Assembly: GCF_004010195.1 (NCBI RefSeq)
Contig: NC_057718.1
Span: 463,568-527,567, forward strand
Reading direction: 5' to 3'
Length of the DNA: 64,000 nt
From: Chiloscyllium plagiosum
Taxonomy: Eukaryota
The stretch's first letter is position 1; every line of letters starts with the position of its first letter. Positions 49,795-62,161 of this stretch are shown here, piece after piece. The translations under genes and the position numbers were made by a program. Below the pieces are notes generated by a model, which saw only the letters and a program-made list of their open reading frames with translations, was not told where the DNA came from and ran no database searches.

Positions 49795-51480
49795 CGGGTT
49801 TAGGAGAATCCCAAAGCATTTTACACACATATTAGGAGTAGGAGGGTAGCTAGGGAGAGTTGGCTCATCAAGGATATAAAGAGGGAGGTTATGTGTAGAG
49901 CCAGAGGAAGTAGGTGAGACCTTATTGAGTGCTTTACATCAATATTCACCCAAGAGAGGGACATGAGGGATGCTGAGGTTAGGGAAACGTGTATGAATAC
50001 TCTTGGGCAGGTCAACATAATGAAGGAGGAAGTGTTGGGTGTCTTGAAATGCATTAAGGTAGTCATGTCCCCAGATCCAGATGGGATCTATTCCATGATA
50101 GTGTGGGAGGCAAGGGAGGAAATAGCTGGGGCTGTTAACAGGTATCTTTGCATCGTCTTTAGCCTCAGGCAAGGTTTTAGGGGACTGAACAGTGGCCAGT
50201 GTTATTCCTTTGTCCAAGAAGGGAAACAGAAATAATTCAGGTAATTACAGGCCAGTAAGACTGGAGTCAGTGGTGGGGAAGCTATTGGAGGAGATATTGA
50301 CAGACAGGATTTCATTAACTTGATTTTTGAGGAAGTGGTAAGAATGATTGATGAAGGAAGGACGGTGGATGTTGTCTACATGAACTTTAGTAAGGCATTC
50401 AATAAGGAACCTCATGGCAGTCTAATACAAAAGACAGAATGCCATGGGAACCACAGTGTGCTGGATAGATAGATATTGAACTGGCTTAGTCTTTGAAGTG
50501 AGAGGAGCAGTGGAAGGGTGCTTTTCGAAATAGATCAGTAACTAGGGTTCCCAGGGAACAGTGTTGGGACCTTTGAAGGGAAATCTAGGTGGTTTGATTA
50601 GTAAGTTTGTGGACAATACCAAAATTGGCAGAGTTGCAGGTAGCAAGAAGATTGTCAAAGGATACTGCAGGATCTAGATAGATGACAGAGTTGGGCAGAA
50701 AAATGGCAGATGGAGTTTAATCCAGACAAATGTGCATTATTGCATTTTGGAAGATCAGATTCAGGTGCAAATTATACAATACATGGCAGAACCCTTAGAA
50801 ACATTGACATACAAAGGGATCTGGATGTACAGTTCCACAAATTCCTGGAATTTGGAACACAGGTGGAAAAGGTGGCTAAGAAGGCACACAGTATGCAATC
50901 TCATCTGCCAGGGCATCGAATATAAACGTTGGCAAGTTATGTTACAGCTGTATAAAACTTCAGTTAGGCCACATTTGGAATATTGTGTGCAGTTCTGGTC
51001 GCCACACCAGCAAATGGATATGGATGCTTTGGAGACAGTGTAAAGAAGGTTTTCTGGGATATTACTCGGACTAGAGGGTTTTAGGTATGAGGAGAGGTTG
51101 GATAAACGTAGATTGTTTTCACTGGGAAAACAGAGGCTGAATGTCAACTTGATAGAGAAGACTCAGAAGCTTGGATAGGGTGGATAGTCAGATGTTTTTC
51201 CCACCAGGATGGAAAGGTCAACTACAAGAGGGCACAGGTTCAAGGTGAGCGAGGGAAAGTTTTTCACTTAGAGAGTATGGGAGCCTGGTACACACTGCCA
51301 GTGGAGGTGGTAGAAGCAAGCATGTTAGCAATGTTGAAGGTGTAACTTGTTAGACACGTGAACAGGAGGTGAACACAGGGATAGAAACCACATATGGGCA
51401 ATAAGTGTAGAGTCTAAATAAGGACTAGGAATTGGTGCAGGCTTGGTTGGCCGAAGGGCCTGTTCCTGTGCTGCGTTGTG
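49795..51480 (+). mobile_element. CR1 ORF2 3' part
   Basis: SPDPDGIY; MEFNPDKC; YKTSVRPHLEYCVQFWSP. Confidence 0.88.
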
Positions 51481-51672
51481 TTATATAGGTGATCTAATTA
51501 TCTGGCAAAGATGTGGTTATGAAGGTGTTAAACTGAAATGTGATCTTTTAATGAGCTTTTTCTTGTTTCTTGGTCTGCCTTGAGGGATATGAGACATGGC
51601 CAGATGACAATAAAGTTCTAAAGTCATCCTAAATTTCTCGACATTAACGGCCGAGGAGTGAGGTTGAGATGC

Positions 51673-52346
51673 TGTTATGAAGGTGTAGGTGTACTGTACC
51701 TTTAAGAGAGTCGAAAGACTGGCAAGCATACAGAGTACTGGAAAATTGAAAATGTAACATTTGGTCGAATAGCTGGGTTTCTATGAGACAAAAAAAATTC
51801 AAATTCAGCCAATCTGTTTAAATTATGCCCCGAGATACCAAACTCCAATTAAGTTTGAATTTAGTATTTTGATAATATTAGAACCAATGAAAGGATACGA
51901 TGTTTTGGGGTATAAATATCAGACATTTTGAACAGTTAGCCTGAGCAGGAGAACTGCCAAGTCACCATCAAGTACAGACTGCCAATAGAACAGCTCTCAG
52001 AGAGGTACAGCAGAACATCGAGGCCGATCTGAAGAGAGAATCGACAGAGGAAACTCAGCAAAGCTGACTGGGTTCAAGCCGTTTTGTAAATCGTAATCGG
52101 GATTTTTTTTCAGATTGGTGTTGTCGTGGAGGAGGTAAAAGATAGCTTTAAGGGAAAGGGGTTGTAAATAGTTGTTAGTTCATATTCTCTGTTAGCCTTA
52201 AAGAATAAAGTTGTTAATCTTTACTTCAAATAGTGACTTTTGGGACAGTTCTTTGTCTCTTGAAGTGTAACAGATTACAGCGTGGGGTGAATCTTTCCTG
52301 TGTTGCTGGTTTAAATTAGTTGAGGGGTTTACCCCATGTCAAAACG
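51673..52346 (+). mobile_element. Probable solo LTR
   Basis: TGTTATG start, TATAAA at about 51911, AATAAA at about 52204, flanks atgc/atgg. Confidence 0.5.
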
Positions 52347-52944
52347 ATGGTGGGACCTTCGTGGTGATCTCAGCCAATGTGGGAAATGAGCCCATGCTGT
52401 TGGTGTCACTCTACAACATAAGCCAGTTGTCTAGCCACCTGAGCTAACCAAAATACTTCAGCCATGACACCATTCCAGTAAAAGAAGCCCTTAAACTAGC
52501 CTGACCACTTTCTATGACTTTTCCATTATAAGTTGAAGTATACTGCAGTCAGAATGCTAAAGAAATGTAGAAACATTGGAACAGGAGTAAGCCACTGAGT
52601 CCCTTGAGCCTGGTTTGCCCATGAGTAATCTCACTGCACACACAGCTACTTCATTTCCCTTTGTTGGAAAGTATCAGAATCAGGGCATTCAGGCCATCTA
52701 TTGAGCCTCCTCATAACCCTCTTTATCTGAGCTCATCCATCTGCCATTCATGTTTAACTGGTTGTCCCTTGCATGCATCTTTGTCAATATTTCAACACCC
52801 TGTGTGATCTCCAGTTCCATTTACTCACCCTCACATTCTCAAAGACAATGGGATGAGTCAGGGAATAAAAGCTTGTCGGGGTAGATGATTCAGATCAACC
52901 ATGATCTTATTGAATGGCAGAGTGGTGTTTTGAACAGAAGAGTT

Positions 52945-54800
52945 TTATTTGCAACTTTCCCTCTGATGGAACCTTTCCAAAAACAAGTGGAACTTGGAAA
53001 TTAACACAAATGCACCTGCTCCCTTATTAGCCACCTCTTTTATAACACCAGGGTGAAGGCCATCTGCTCCCAGTGGCTTGTCCTCATGTATTTCCATCCG
53101 TTTGCTCAGTGCTGTTTCCCTGCTGATGCCTAATTTCAACAAGTTCCTCTCTCTTCCCACCTGACTGCAATTATTACCAGAATGGGTTTTGTATCCTCCA
53201 TCATGAAGACAGAAGCAGAATATTTGTTTATGTCACCCACATTTCTTTATCATCTGCTATTAACTTCCTGTTATCACTCTCTGGAGGACCAATAATCAGT
53301 TTCCTTCCTCCTGTCCTTGTTAGATTCCTGTAGACATTCTCATGATCTATTTTTGCATTTTTAACTTGCTTCCTCCCCCATTCTAATTTCTTCGTCCTGT
53401 TTAACCTTTGTTATTTTCTATCGTTCTTTACATTCTGACCAATCATCTGATTTACCACTCACCATTACACAATTAGGAGCTTTTTCCTTAAGTTTGATGT
53501 CTTCCTTCAATAGTTAACCTCAGATGGTGGGTCTTCCCTTTAGAATCTTTCTTTATGGTTGAAATGTGCTAATGCTGCATTTTCTGAATGCCTGCCTTGT
53601 GTCTACATGACCTATACCTGAACTCAGGAGTCCAGTGCACTTCAGCTAGTTCAGCTTTCATGCCCACATAAACATTCTTATTTAGTTTAAAAACTAGTCT
53701 TCACCCAGATCTTCTCCCTTTCAAACTAGATGTATCATGTTGTGGTCATTTCTACCCTGAAGTCATTAATGAATCCTGTCACATTAAACAATGGCAGATT
53801 GATTATAACAAGCTCCTGGGAGTGGTCATCCACAACAAGCTTTCTTGGACTCTTCATGTGGACGCACTGGTTACAAAGGCCCAACAACGTCTCTTCTTCC
53901 TCAGGCAGCTGAGGAAATTTGGCATGATGGCAAATACCCTTGCCAACTTTTATAAGTGCGCCATCGAGAGCATTCTGTCTGGATGTATCACTACCTGGTA
54001 TGNNNNNNNNNNNNNNNNNNNNNNNNNNNNNNNNNNNNNNNNNNNNNNNNNNNNNNNNNNNNNNNNNNNGCTGTTTACCTATTATTTACTTATCTATGCT
54101 ACTTAACTCAGTGATCTGCCTGTATTGCTCGCAAGACAAAGCTTTTCACTGTGCCTCGGTACACGGGACAATAAATTCAATTCAACTCAATTCATGCTCT
54201 TTTGTTGGTTCCAAAATGTGCTGCTTTCTGAGATGACGTTGAAAGCATGCTATATAACTCTTCATCCTCATCCAGATTGGCTGTTGCTAATGTGATTTCT
54301 TTCAGATAAATTAGTTGTCATCCTTTGTCTGAACACCCAATATGTATTTTTACAAATAGCAGCCTTCATTGTGTCTTGGGGTTGGCTGTTGGTATTATTC
54401 CTCGATTTATTCTATCTGTCCCTTCCTGCCATTCTCTGACCGTTTCATTCCCCACATTAGTATATTGTTCTCATGCCTTGATCCTACCCTTTGTTTTGCT
54501 ACATTTACCCTTGATTCCTCACCCCTATTGTGTAGCTTCAAGCCTTTCCTACTTCCCTGGCTACACCGTTTGCTAAAAACTAGTCCCAGAATGGGGCAGG
54601 TGTTTGCCGTCCCAACAGTACAGATCCGATTTTCCAAGCACAGGTGTCTGTGGACTATGGACTAAAACCCACTTCTCCCACATTGGCTTTCAAACCACGT
54701 TTTCATCCCACTATGTGCACTCTGCCAGTTGGCAAGTGACTTGGGTAATAACCAGGAGATTATTTTCCTTGAGGTCTGCTCTTTAATTTAGTGCCTAGCC
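52945..54800 (-). mobile_element. Old CR1 fragment, interrupted
   Basis: KPLGADGLHPGVIKEVA and further degraded ORF2/ORF1-like sequence. Confidence 0.6.
53812..54195 (+). mobile_element. Rex1/Babar-like LINE 3' end (includes N gap 54003-54069)
   Basis: KAQQRLFFLRQLRKFGM...FYKCAIESILSGCITTWY; AATAAA plus (ATTCA)n tail. Confidence 0.75.
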
Positions 54801-55996
54801 TGATCAGCCTGAAAACTTCGGAGCTAAATGTTCACAACTACCCAGGAGGAGGGGAGCTGAAGACATCAAAACCACATCACCCTACATCCTGAAATGTAGA
54901 CAATGTTTCTGTTTGCAGCCAGAAAAACTCAATATCCACCTCCTGCTAAAGGTAAAGAGGGAAACTGAAGCTATGTAAAACTGTGAGAGAACTAAGCAGC
55001 AGGCTGTTGGGGATAGTCCCAGTAACTAAACCAATGGATCTGGCAGAATCTGTGTCGATCCTTATACAATTCAACACAGCAAGTGAATGCAAAGTTCATC
55101 CAATGATATCTGTGGATGAAATATCAGCAAAATTGAGAAAAGTTTAACCTTCATGAAGCTCAATTAAAATAGAACTGCTTGGAACGGTCCCTTGGTGAAA
55201 AGTTTCAGTTCCTCCTGACCTTTGTTAACTGATGATTGAAGGTTTTGTTTCAACAGAATGCTCTTTGGCATTACATCAGTGGCAGAGGTCTACATGAGCA
55301 TAACGTTAAGCATCTGAAGAGGACTTGATGGAGATTTATCTCACATGGATAATGTCCTGATCCATGGATCTGCTCAGACAGAACAAGACACTAGAGTGTG
55401 AGCTATGCTGTGATGTCTACAGGACATGGGACATACACTTCACTGATGCATAACATTCAATTTTTAGCTGTGTGTGTTGGGGAATTTTAGAAGTGGGTTA
55501 GAGTTTTAATTAGTAAAGTTATGTATTGAATAATTATTTAACTGTAATTACAATCTTTTTAGCTTTCTTGATTATTGTTCATTATAGACAATGGAAAGCT
55601 GTCCCTTGAATCTCAAATATAGGATGCAGACTTGGAGTACTGTGAGCAGATCCCACATTTGGAAAGACATATAGTATGCAAATTAGGCCTGTTTGCTCTT
55701 GAATTTAGGAGGTTAAGGAATGATATGATTGAAATCTTCAAGCAAGAGACTTTTTTCAGTTGGACTTTAATGAAGAAACAGATCCCAGAGTAATACAACA
55801 TGAATAAACCCCCTGGGCAGCAGAAACAGAAGCAGGAGGTGATGTACGATTAACATCACTGCAAGTACAACATTTACACTGAGGCAAGACTGCTCTCAAG
55901 GAGAAAGTGAGGACTGCAGATGCTGGAGATCAGAGCTGGAAATGTGTTGCTGGAAAAGCGCAGCAGGTCAGGCAGCATCCAGGGAACAGGAGAATC

Positions 55997-56362
55997 CAGC
56001 TGCCACTGGAAGAGTCCACAATGGTTTAAAATTTTCTGCACACACTTCCAGGCTCAGCTGACAATATCAGACTCTGGACACAGAAAGATCCCACCCTGGC
56101 GAAACTGAAACAGCTGGTGGTGATGGGGGAAACCAAAGGGTCATCACAACCATAACGGAAACCTTTCTGGACCAGGAGAGACTGGATCAGAGTAGAGAAC
56201 GGTGTATTATTATGAGAGTGATTGTCCCAAGAAAAGGTCATCAGCTGATATTGGACAAACTCCACATGAAAATGAAAATGTTGGCAAGAAGTTATGTCTG
56301 GTGGCCAGGATTTGATGCCAACATAGCTGTGTTGATGAGACAGTGCCCAAAGTGCCAACAAA
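55997..56362 (+). mobile_element. Gypsy integrase N-terminal (zinc-binding) fragment
   Basis: WTQKDPTLAKLKQLV...VIVPRKGHQLILDKLH...MKMLARSYVWWPGFDANI...CPKCQ. Confidence 0.8.
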
Positions 56363-56542
56363 ACTTTCAAATTTAGAAAATTTAAAATCAAAAGTGTGAT
56401 CCTTTCTTCTCTAATGTCCAGATCCAAATTACTGCAGAAGCAGAGAAGTGTAGTCCTTGCTTTGGTTGAGAGCAGTCTTGAAAATGTGTTGCTGGAAAAG
56501 CGCAGCAGGTCAGGCAGCATTTCGGGCATAAGCCCTTCTTCA

Positions 56543-58935
56543 GGAGGGTCAGTGCTGTGGGAGGGTCAGTGCTGAGGGACGGTCAGTGTTGAGGGAGTGG
56601 GCGCTGTGGGAGGGTCAGTGCTGAGGGACGGTCAGTGTTGAGGGAGTGGGCGCTGTGGGAGGGTCAGTGCTGAGGGACGGTCAGTGTTGAGGGAGTGGGC
56701 GCTGTGGGAGGGTCAGTGCTGAGGGACGGTCAGTGTTGAGGGAGTGGGCGCTGTGGGAGGGTCAGTGCTGAGGGACGGTCAGTGTTGAGGGAGTGGGCGC
56801 TGTGGGAGGGTCAGTGCTGAGGGACGGTCAGTGTTGAGGGAGTGGGCGCTGTGGGAGGGTCAGTGCTGAGGGACGGTCAGTGTTGAGGGAGTGGGCGCTG
56901 TGGGAGGGTCAGTGCTGAGGGACGGTCAGTGTTGAGGGAGTGGGCGCTGTGGGAGGGTCAGTGCTGAGGGACGGTCAGTGTTGAGGGAGTGGGCGCTGTG
57001 GGAGGGTCAGTGCTGAGGGAGCAGGTGCTGAGGGAGGGTCAGTGTTGAGGGAGGGCCAGCGCTGAGGGAGAGTCAGCGCTGAGGGAGGGTCAGTGCTGAG
57101 GGAGGGTCAGTGCTGAGGGAGGGCCAGCGCTGAGGGAGAGTCAGCGCTGAGGGAGGGTCAGTGCTGAGGGAGGGTCAGTGCTGAGGGAGGGCCAGCGCTG
57201 AGGGAGAGTCAGCGCTGAGGGAGGGTCAGTGCTGAGGGAGGGTCAGTGCTGAGGGAGGGCCAGCGCTGAGGGAGAGTCAGCGCTGAGGGAGGGTCAGTGC
57301 TGAGGGAGGGTCAGTGCTGAGGGAGGGCCAGCGCTGAGGGAGAGTCAGCGCTGAGGGAGGGTCAGTGCTGAGGGAGGGTCAGTGCTGAGGGAGGGCCAGC
57401 GCTGAGGGAGAGTCAGCGCTGAGGGAGGGTCAGTGCTGAGGGAGGGTCAGTGCTGAGGGAGGGCCAGCGCTGAGGGAGAGTCAGCGCTGAGGGAGGGTCA
57501 GTGCTGAGGGAGGGTCAGTGCTGAGGGAGGGCCAGCGCTGAGGGAGAGTCAGCGCTGAGGGAGGGTCAGTGCTGAGGGAGGGTCAGTGCTGAGGGAGGGC
57601 CAGCGCTGAGGGAGAGTCAGCGCTGAGGGAGGGTCAGTGCTGAGGGAGGGTCAGTGCTGAGGGAGGGCCAGCGCTGAGGGAGAGTCAGCGCTGAGGGAGG
57701 GTCAGTGCTGAGGGAGGGTCAGTGCTGAGGGAGGGCCAGCGCTGAGGGAGAGTCAGCGCTGAGGGAGGGTCAGTGCTGAGGGAGGGTCAGTGCTGAGGGA
57801 GGGCCAGCGCTGAGGGAGAGTCAGCGCTGAGGGAGGGTCAGTGCTGAGGGAGGGTCAGTGCTGAGGGAGGGCCAGCGCTGAGGGAGAGTCAGCGCTGAGG
57901 GAGGGTCAGTGCTGAGGGAGGGTCAGTGCTGAGGGAGGGCCAGCGCTGAGGGAGAGTCAGCGCTGAGGGAGGGTCAGTGCTGAGGGAGGGTCAGTGCTGA
58001 GGGAGGGCCAGCGCTGAGGGAGAGTCAGCGCTGAGGGAGGGTCAGTGCTGAGGGAGGGTCAGTGCTGAGGGAGGGCCAGCGCTGAGGGAGAGTCAGCGCT
58101 GAGGGAGGGTCAGTGCTGAGGGAGGGTCAGTGCTGAGGGAGGGCCAGCGCTGAGGGAGAGTCAGCGCTGAGGGAGGGTCAGTGCTGAGGGAGGGTCAGTG
58201 CTGAGGGAGGGCCAGCGCTGAGGGAGAGTCAGCGCTGAGGGAGGGTCAGTGCTGAGGGAGGGTCAGTGCTGAGGGAGGGCCAGCGCTGAGGGAGAGTCAG
58301 CGCTGAGGGAGGGTCAGTGCTGAGGGAGGGTCAGTGCTGAGGGAGGGCCAGCGCTGAGGGAGAGTCAGCGCTGAGGGAGGGTCAGTGCTGAGGGAGGGTC
58401 AGTGCTGAGGGAGGGCCAGCGCTGAGGGAGAGTCAGCGCTGAGGGAGGGTCAGTGCTGAGGGAGGGTCAGTGCTGAGGGAGGGCCAGCGCTGAGGGAGAG
58501 TCAGCGCTGAGGGAGGGTCAGTGCTGAGGGAGGGTCAGTGCTGAGGGAGGGCCAGCGCTGAGGGAGAGTCAGCGCTGAGGGAGGGTCAGTGCTGAGGGAG
58601 GGTCAGTGCTGAGGGAGGGCCAGCGCTGAGGGAGAGTCAGCGCTGAGGGAGGGTCAGTGCTGAGGGAGGGTCAGTGCTGAGGGAGGGCCAGCGCTGAGGG
58701 AGAGTCAGCGCTGAGGGAGGGTCAGTGCTGAGGGAGGGTCAGTGCTGAGGGAGGGCCAGCGCTGAGGGAGAGTCAGCGCTGAGGGAGGGTCAGTGCTGAG
58801 GGAGGGTCAGTGCTGAGGGAGGGCCAGCGCTGAGGGAGAGTCAGCGCTGAGGGAGGGTCAGTGCTGAGGGAGGGTCAGTGCTGAGGGAGGGCCAGCGCTG
58901 AGGGAGAGTCAGCGCTGAGGGAGGGTCAGTGCTGA
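56543..58935. repeat. G-rich satellite; 17-bp monomer in 49-bp then 68-bp higher-order repeats
   Basis: Monomer gagggagggtcagtgct; period 49 up to about 57020; period 68 thereafter (lines 57061 and 58081 identical, 1020 = 15 x 68). Confidence 0.97.
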
Positions 58936-59427
58936 GAATCTAAAAAGTGAGATAACGGAGTTTTACATAAATTCATGCAGTTTTTGAGCTCAGAGTTCTA
59001 CATGAATGTATGTGGTTTTTGAGCAAAGTACAATGTAATTCTGAAAGTACCAAAAAAATTCACCACACAAAATATATGTGTCCATGTGGGTCTTTGTCTG
59101 TGTGTGTATCTGTCTGGGGTGGGGTGTGTGTGTGTGTGTGTGTAGGGTGTCTTAAGTCTGAGAGGGGGTGCATGTGTCTATAAGGGTGTGTGTGGGTGTC
59201 TGTGTGCGCGTCTGTGTATATGTGTGTCCGTGTGTATGCGTGTATAGGAGTGCGTGTGTGTGTGTGTGTAGGAGTATCTGTGTGTGTGTATAGTGCAATG
59301 GTGGTCACCTGTAATGTGACATGAACCCAAGGTCCCGGTTGAGGCCCTCCCTATGGGTACCGAACTTAGCTATCAGCCTCTGCTCGGCCACTTTTCGCTG
59401 CTGCCTGGTGTTGTGTGATTTTTAACA
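58936..59427 (-). mobile_element. Penelope (Neptune-like) 3' fragment with CA-rich microsatellite UTR
   Basis: Minus strand QRKVAEQRLIAKFGTHREGLNRDLGFMSHYR* resembles the GIY-YIG C-terminus; ends in the same gtgttgtgtgatttttaac as the 59730 element. Confidence 0.75.
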
Positions 59428-59729
59428 ATTGGGTTATGTTTAATTTAGTGATGGAAAGAGATAGGTATCTACGGCAGGGCAAGAGTTATTGCTGGGGGAA
59501 AGGCAATTATGATGTGTTTGGGTATGATTAATGATCCATAGGATGGGGAAGGAAACTGCAGGGGATGGGCACAATTGAAATATGGAGCTTACTCAAGGAA
59601 CAGCTACTGTGTGTCCTTGGTAAGTATCTACTGGTCAGGCAGGGAGGAAGTTGTCGAGTGAGGGAGCTGTGATTTACTAAGGAAGTTGGATCTCTGATCA
59701 AGAGGAAGAAGAAGACTTATATTCGGATG

Positions 59730-59912
59730 ATGTGGAGGTGTCGGTGTTGGACTGGGGTGTACAAAGTTAAAAATCACACAACACCAGGTTATAGTCCAAC
59801 AGGTTTAATTGGAAGCACCAGCACAACCACCTGATGAAGGAGCGTTGCTCCGAAAGCTAGTGCTTCCAATTAAACCTGTTGGACTATAACCTGGTGTTGT
59901 GTGATTTTTAAC
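59730..59912. mobile_element. Hairpin-shaped Penelope pseudo-LTR insertion (family 2) in a CR1
   Basis: 54-bp inverted repeat (59765-59818 / 59860-59913); TSD tat(a/g)ttcggatg. Confidence 0.85.
59828..59862 (+). ncRNA. Minimal hammerhead ribozyme motif, second family
   Basis: cac-CTGATGA-a-ggagc-gtt-gctcc-GAAA-gc-TA-gtg; palindromic AGCT at stem III. Confidence 0.8.
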
Positions 59913-61342
59913 TATGTTCGGATGGGATGTGAAGGCTCAGTTAGGGCAATTGAGATTTACAAGTTAGCCAGGAAAGACCTAAAGAGAGAGCTAAGAAGAG
60001 CCAGGAGGGGAGATGAGAAGTTGTTGGCAGATAGAATCAAGGAAAACCCTAAGGCTTTCTATCGGTATATCAGGAATAAAAGAATGACCAGAGAAAGATT
60101 AGGGCCAATCAAGGACAGCAGTGGGAAGTTGTGCATGGACTTCGAGGCAATGGGGAAGCGTTAAATAAATACTTTTTGTCAGTGTTCACACTGGAATAAG
60201 ACAATGTTGTCGAGGAGAATACTGAGATACAGGCTATAGACTAGATGGGATTGAGGTTCACAAGGAGGGGGTGTTAGCAATTCTGGGAAGTGTAAACATA
60301 GGTAAGTCCCTTGGTCCAGATGGGATTTATCCTCGGATTCTCTGGGAAGCCATGGAGGAGATTGCCAAGCCTTTGGCGTTGATTTTTATATCATCATTGT
60401 CTACAGGAATGGTGCCAGAAGACTGGAGGATAGCAAATGTGGTTCCCCTGTTCAAGAAGGGGAGTAGAGACAATCCTGGTAATTATAGACCAGTGAGAGC
60501 CTTACTTCAGTTGTTGGTAAAGTGTTGGAAAAGGTGATAAGAGATAGGATTTATAATCATCTAGAGAGGAATAATTAAGGACAGTCAACATTGTTTTGTG
60601 AAAGGTAGGTCGTGCCTCACAAACCTTATTGGGTTCTTTGAGAAGGTGACCAAACAGGTGGATGAGGGTAAAGTGGTTGATGTGGTGTATATGGATTTCA
60701 GTAAGGCGTTTGATAAGGTTCCCCATGGTAGGCTATTGCACAAAATAAGGAGAAAAGGATTTGGGTTTGATTTAATGGTTTGGATATAATTTGGTTTGCT
60801 GAAAGAAGACAGAGGTGGTGGTTGATGGGAAATATTCATCCTGGAGTTCAGGTACTAGTGGGGTACTGCAAGGATCTGTTTTGCGTCCACTGTTTGTCAT
60901 TTTTATGAATGAGGGCTTGGAAGGATGGGTTAGTAAATTTGCATTTTATACTAAGGTCTGTGGAGTTGTGGATAGTGATGAAGGATGTTGTAGGTTACAG
61001 AGGGACATAGATAAGCTGCAGAGCTGGGTTGAGAGGTAGCAAATGGCGTTTAATGTGGAAAAGTGTGAGGTGATTCAGTTTGGAAGAAGCAACAGGAATG
61101 CAGAGTCCTGGGCTAATGGTAAGATTCTTGGGAGTGTAGATGAGCAGAGAGATCTCGGTGTCCAGGTACACAGATCCCTGAAAGTTGCCACCCAGTTTGA
61201 TAGAGTTGTTAAGAAGGCATATGGTATGTGAGCTTTTATTGGTAGAGGGATTGAGTCCGGAACCATGAGGTCATGCTGCAGCTGTACAAAACTCTGGTGT
61301 AGCCACATTTGGAGTATTGTGCACAGTTCTGGTTATAGGAAG

Positions 61343-61860
61343 GATTAGATTAGATTACATTACATTACAGTGTGGAAACAGGCCCTTCGGCCCAACAAGT
61401 CCACACCTACCCGCCGAGCGCAACCCACCCATACCCCTACATTTGCCCCTTACCAAACACTACGGGCAATTTAGTATGGCCAATTCACCTGACCTGCACA
61501 TTTTTGGACTGTGGGAGGAAACCGGAGCACCCGGAGGGGACCCAAGCAGACACGGGGAGAACATGCAAACTCCACACAGACAGTCGTCTGAGGTGGGAAT
61601 TGAACCCAGGCAGTAGGCCATTTGGCTCATTAAGTCTACACCAACCCTTGGAAGAGCATCCCAGCCAGACCCAACCCATCTCTGTAACCCTACACTTCCC
61701 ATGGTCAATCCACCTAACCCACACATCTCCGGAGAAAACCCACACAGGCAGACACGGGGAGAATGTGCAAACTCCACCCAGACAGTCACCCAAGGCTAGG
61801 ATTGAATCCGTGTCCCTGGTGCTGTGAGGTAGCGGTGCTAACCACTGAGCCGCTGTGTGT
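61343..61860 (-). mobile_element. Two adjacent or nested HE1-like SINEs
   Basis: Two core/B-box segments (about 61590 and 61800) and a (ttaga)n tail. Confidence 0.8.
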
Positions 61861-61978
61861 CTGAGGACCACTTAGCTGACCTGGTTACTACCATTACATT
61901 CAAATCCCCCCAGCCTTGGTTACAAGCTTGGAACTGTAAATCACACTGGATTTTCTGTTGTCTCTCCTCGGGCTGCAG

Positions 61979-62161
61979 TTGTCTGTCCACGACCTGTGCC
62001 TGAAACAGCTTCTGTTAGTGGAACTCCTCTCACTGAGACAGCAGCTGCTGCGAGGCGGCAGTATTTTATTCGGACAGTGTCATCCAGCAGATTCTTACCT
62101 TCTTGAGAATTCTGATCAAGCACAAGCCATAGCATTATTATATGAGCTCTGCACGTCACAG
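61979..62161 (+). CDS. Candidate internal exon of an unidentified gene (183 nt, phase 0-0)
   Basis: Pyrimidine tract plus ctgcag acceptor, 61 open codons LSVHDLCLKQLLLVELL...LLYELCTSQ, cag/gtacat donor; sequence looks non-repetitive. Confidence 0.45.

Larger units (their letters stand above)
59430..61342 (+). mobile_element. CR1 ORF2 fragment, same subfamily as 26441-29865
   Basis: GPDGIYPR, KGRSCLTNL, VYMDFSKAFDKVPH, QGSVL. Confidence 0.92.
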
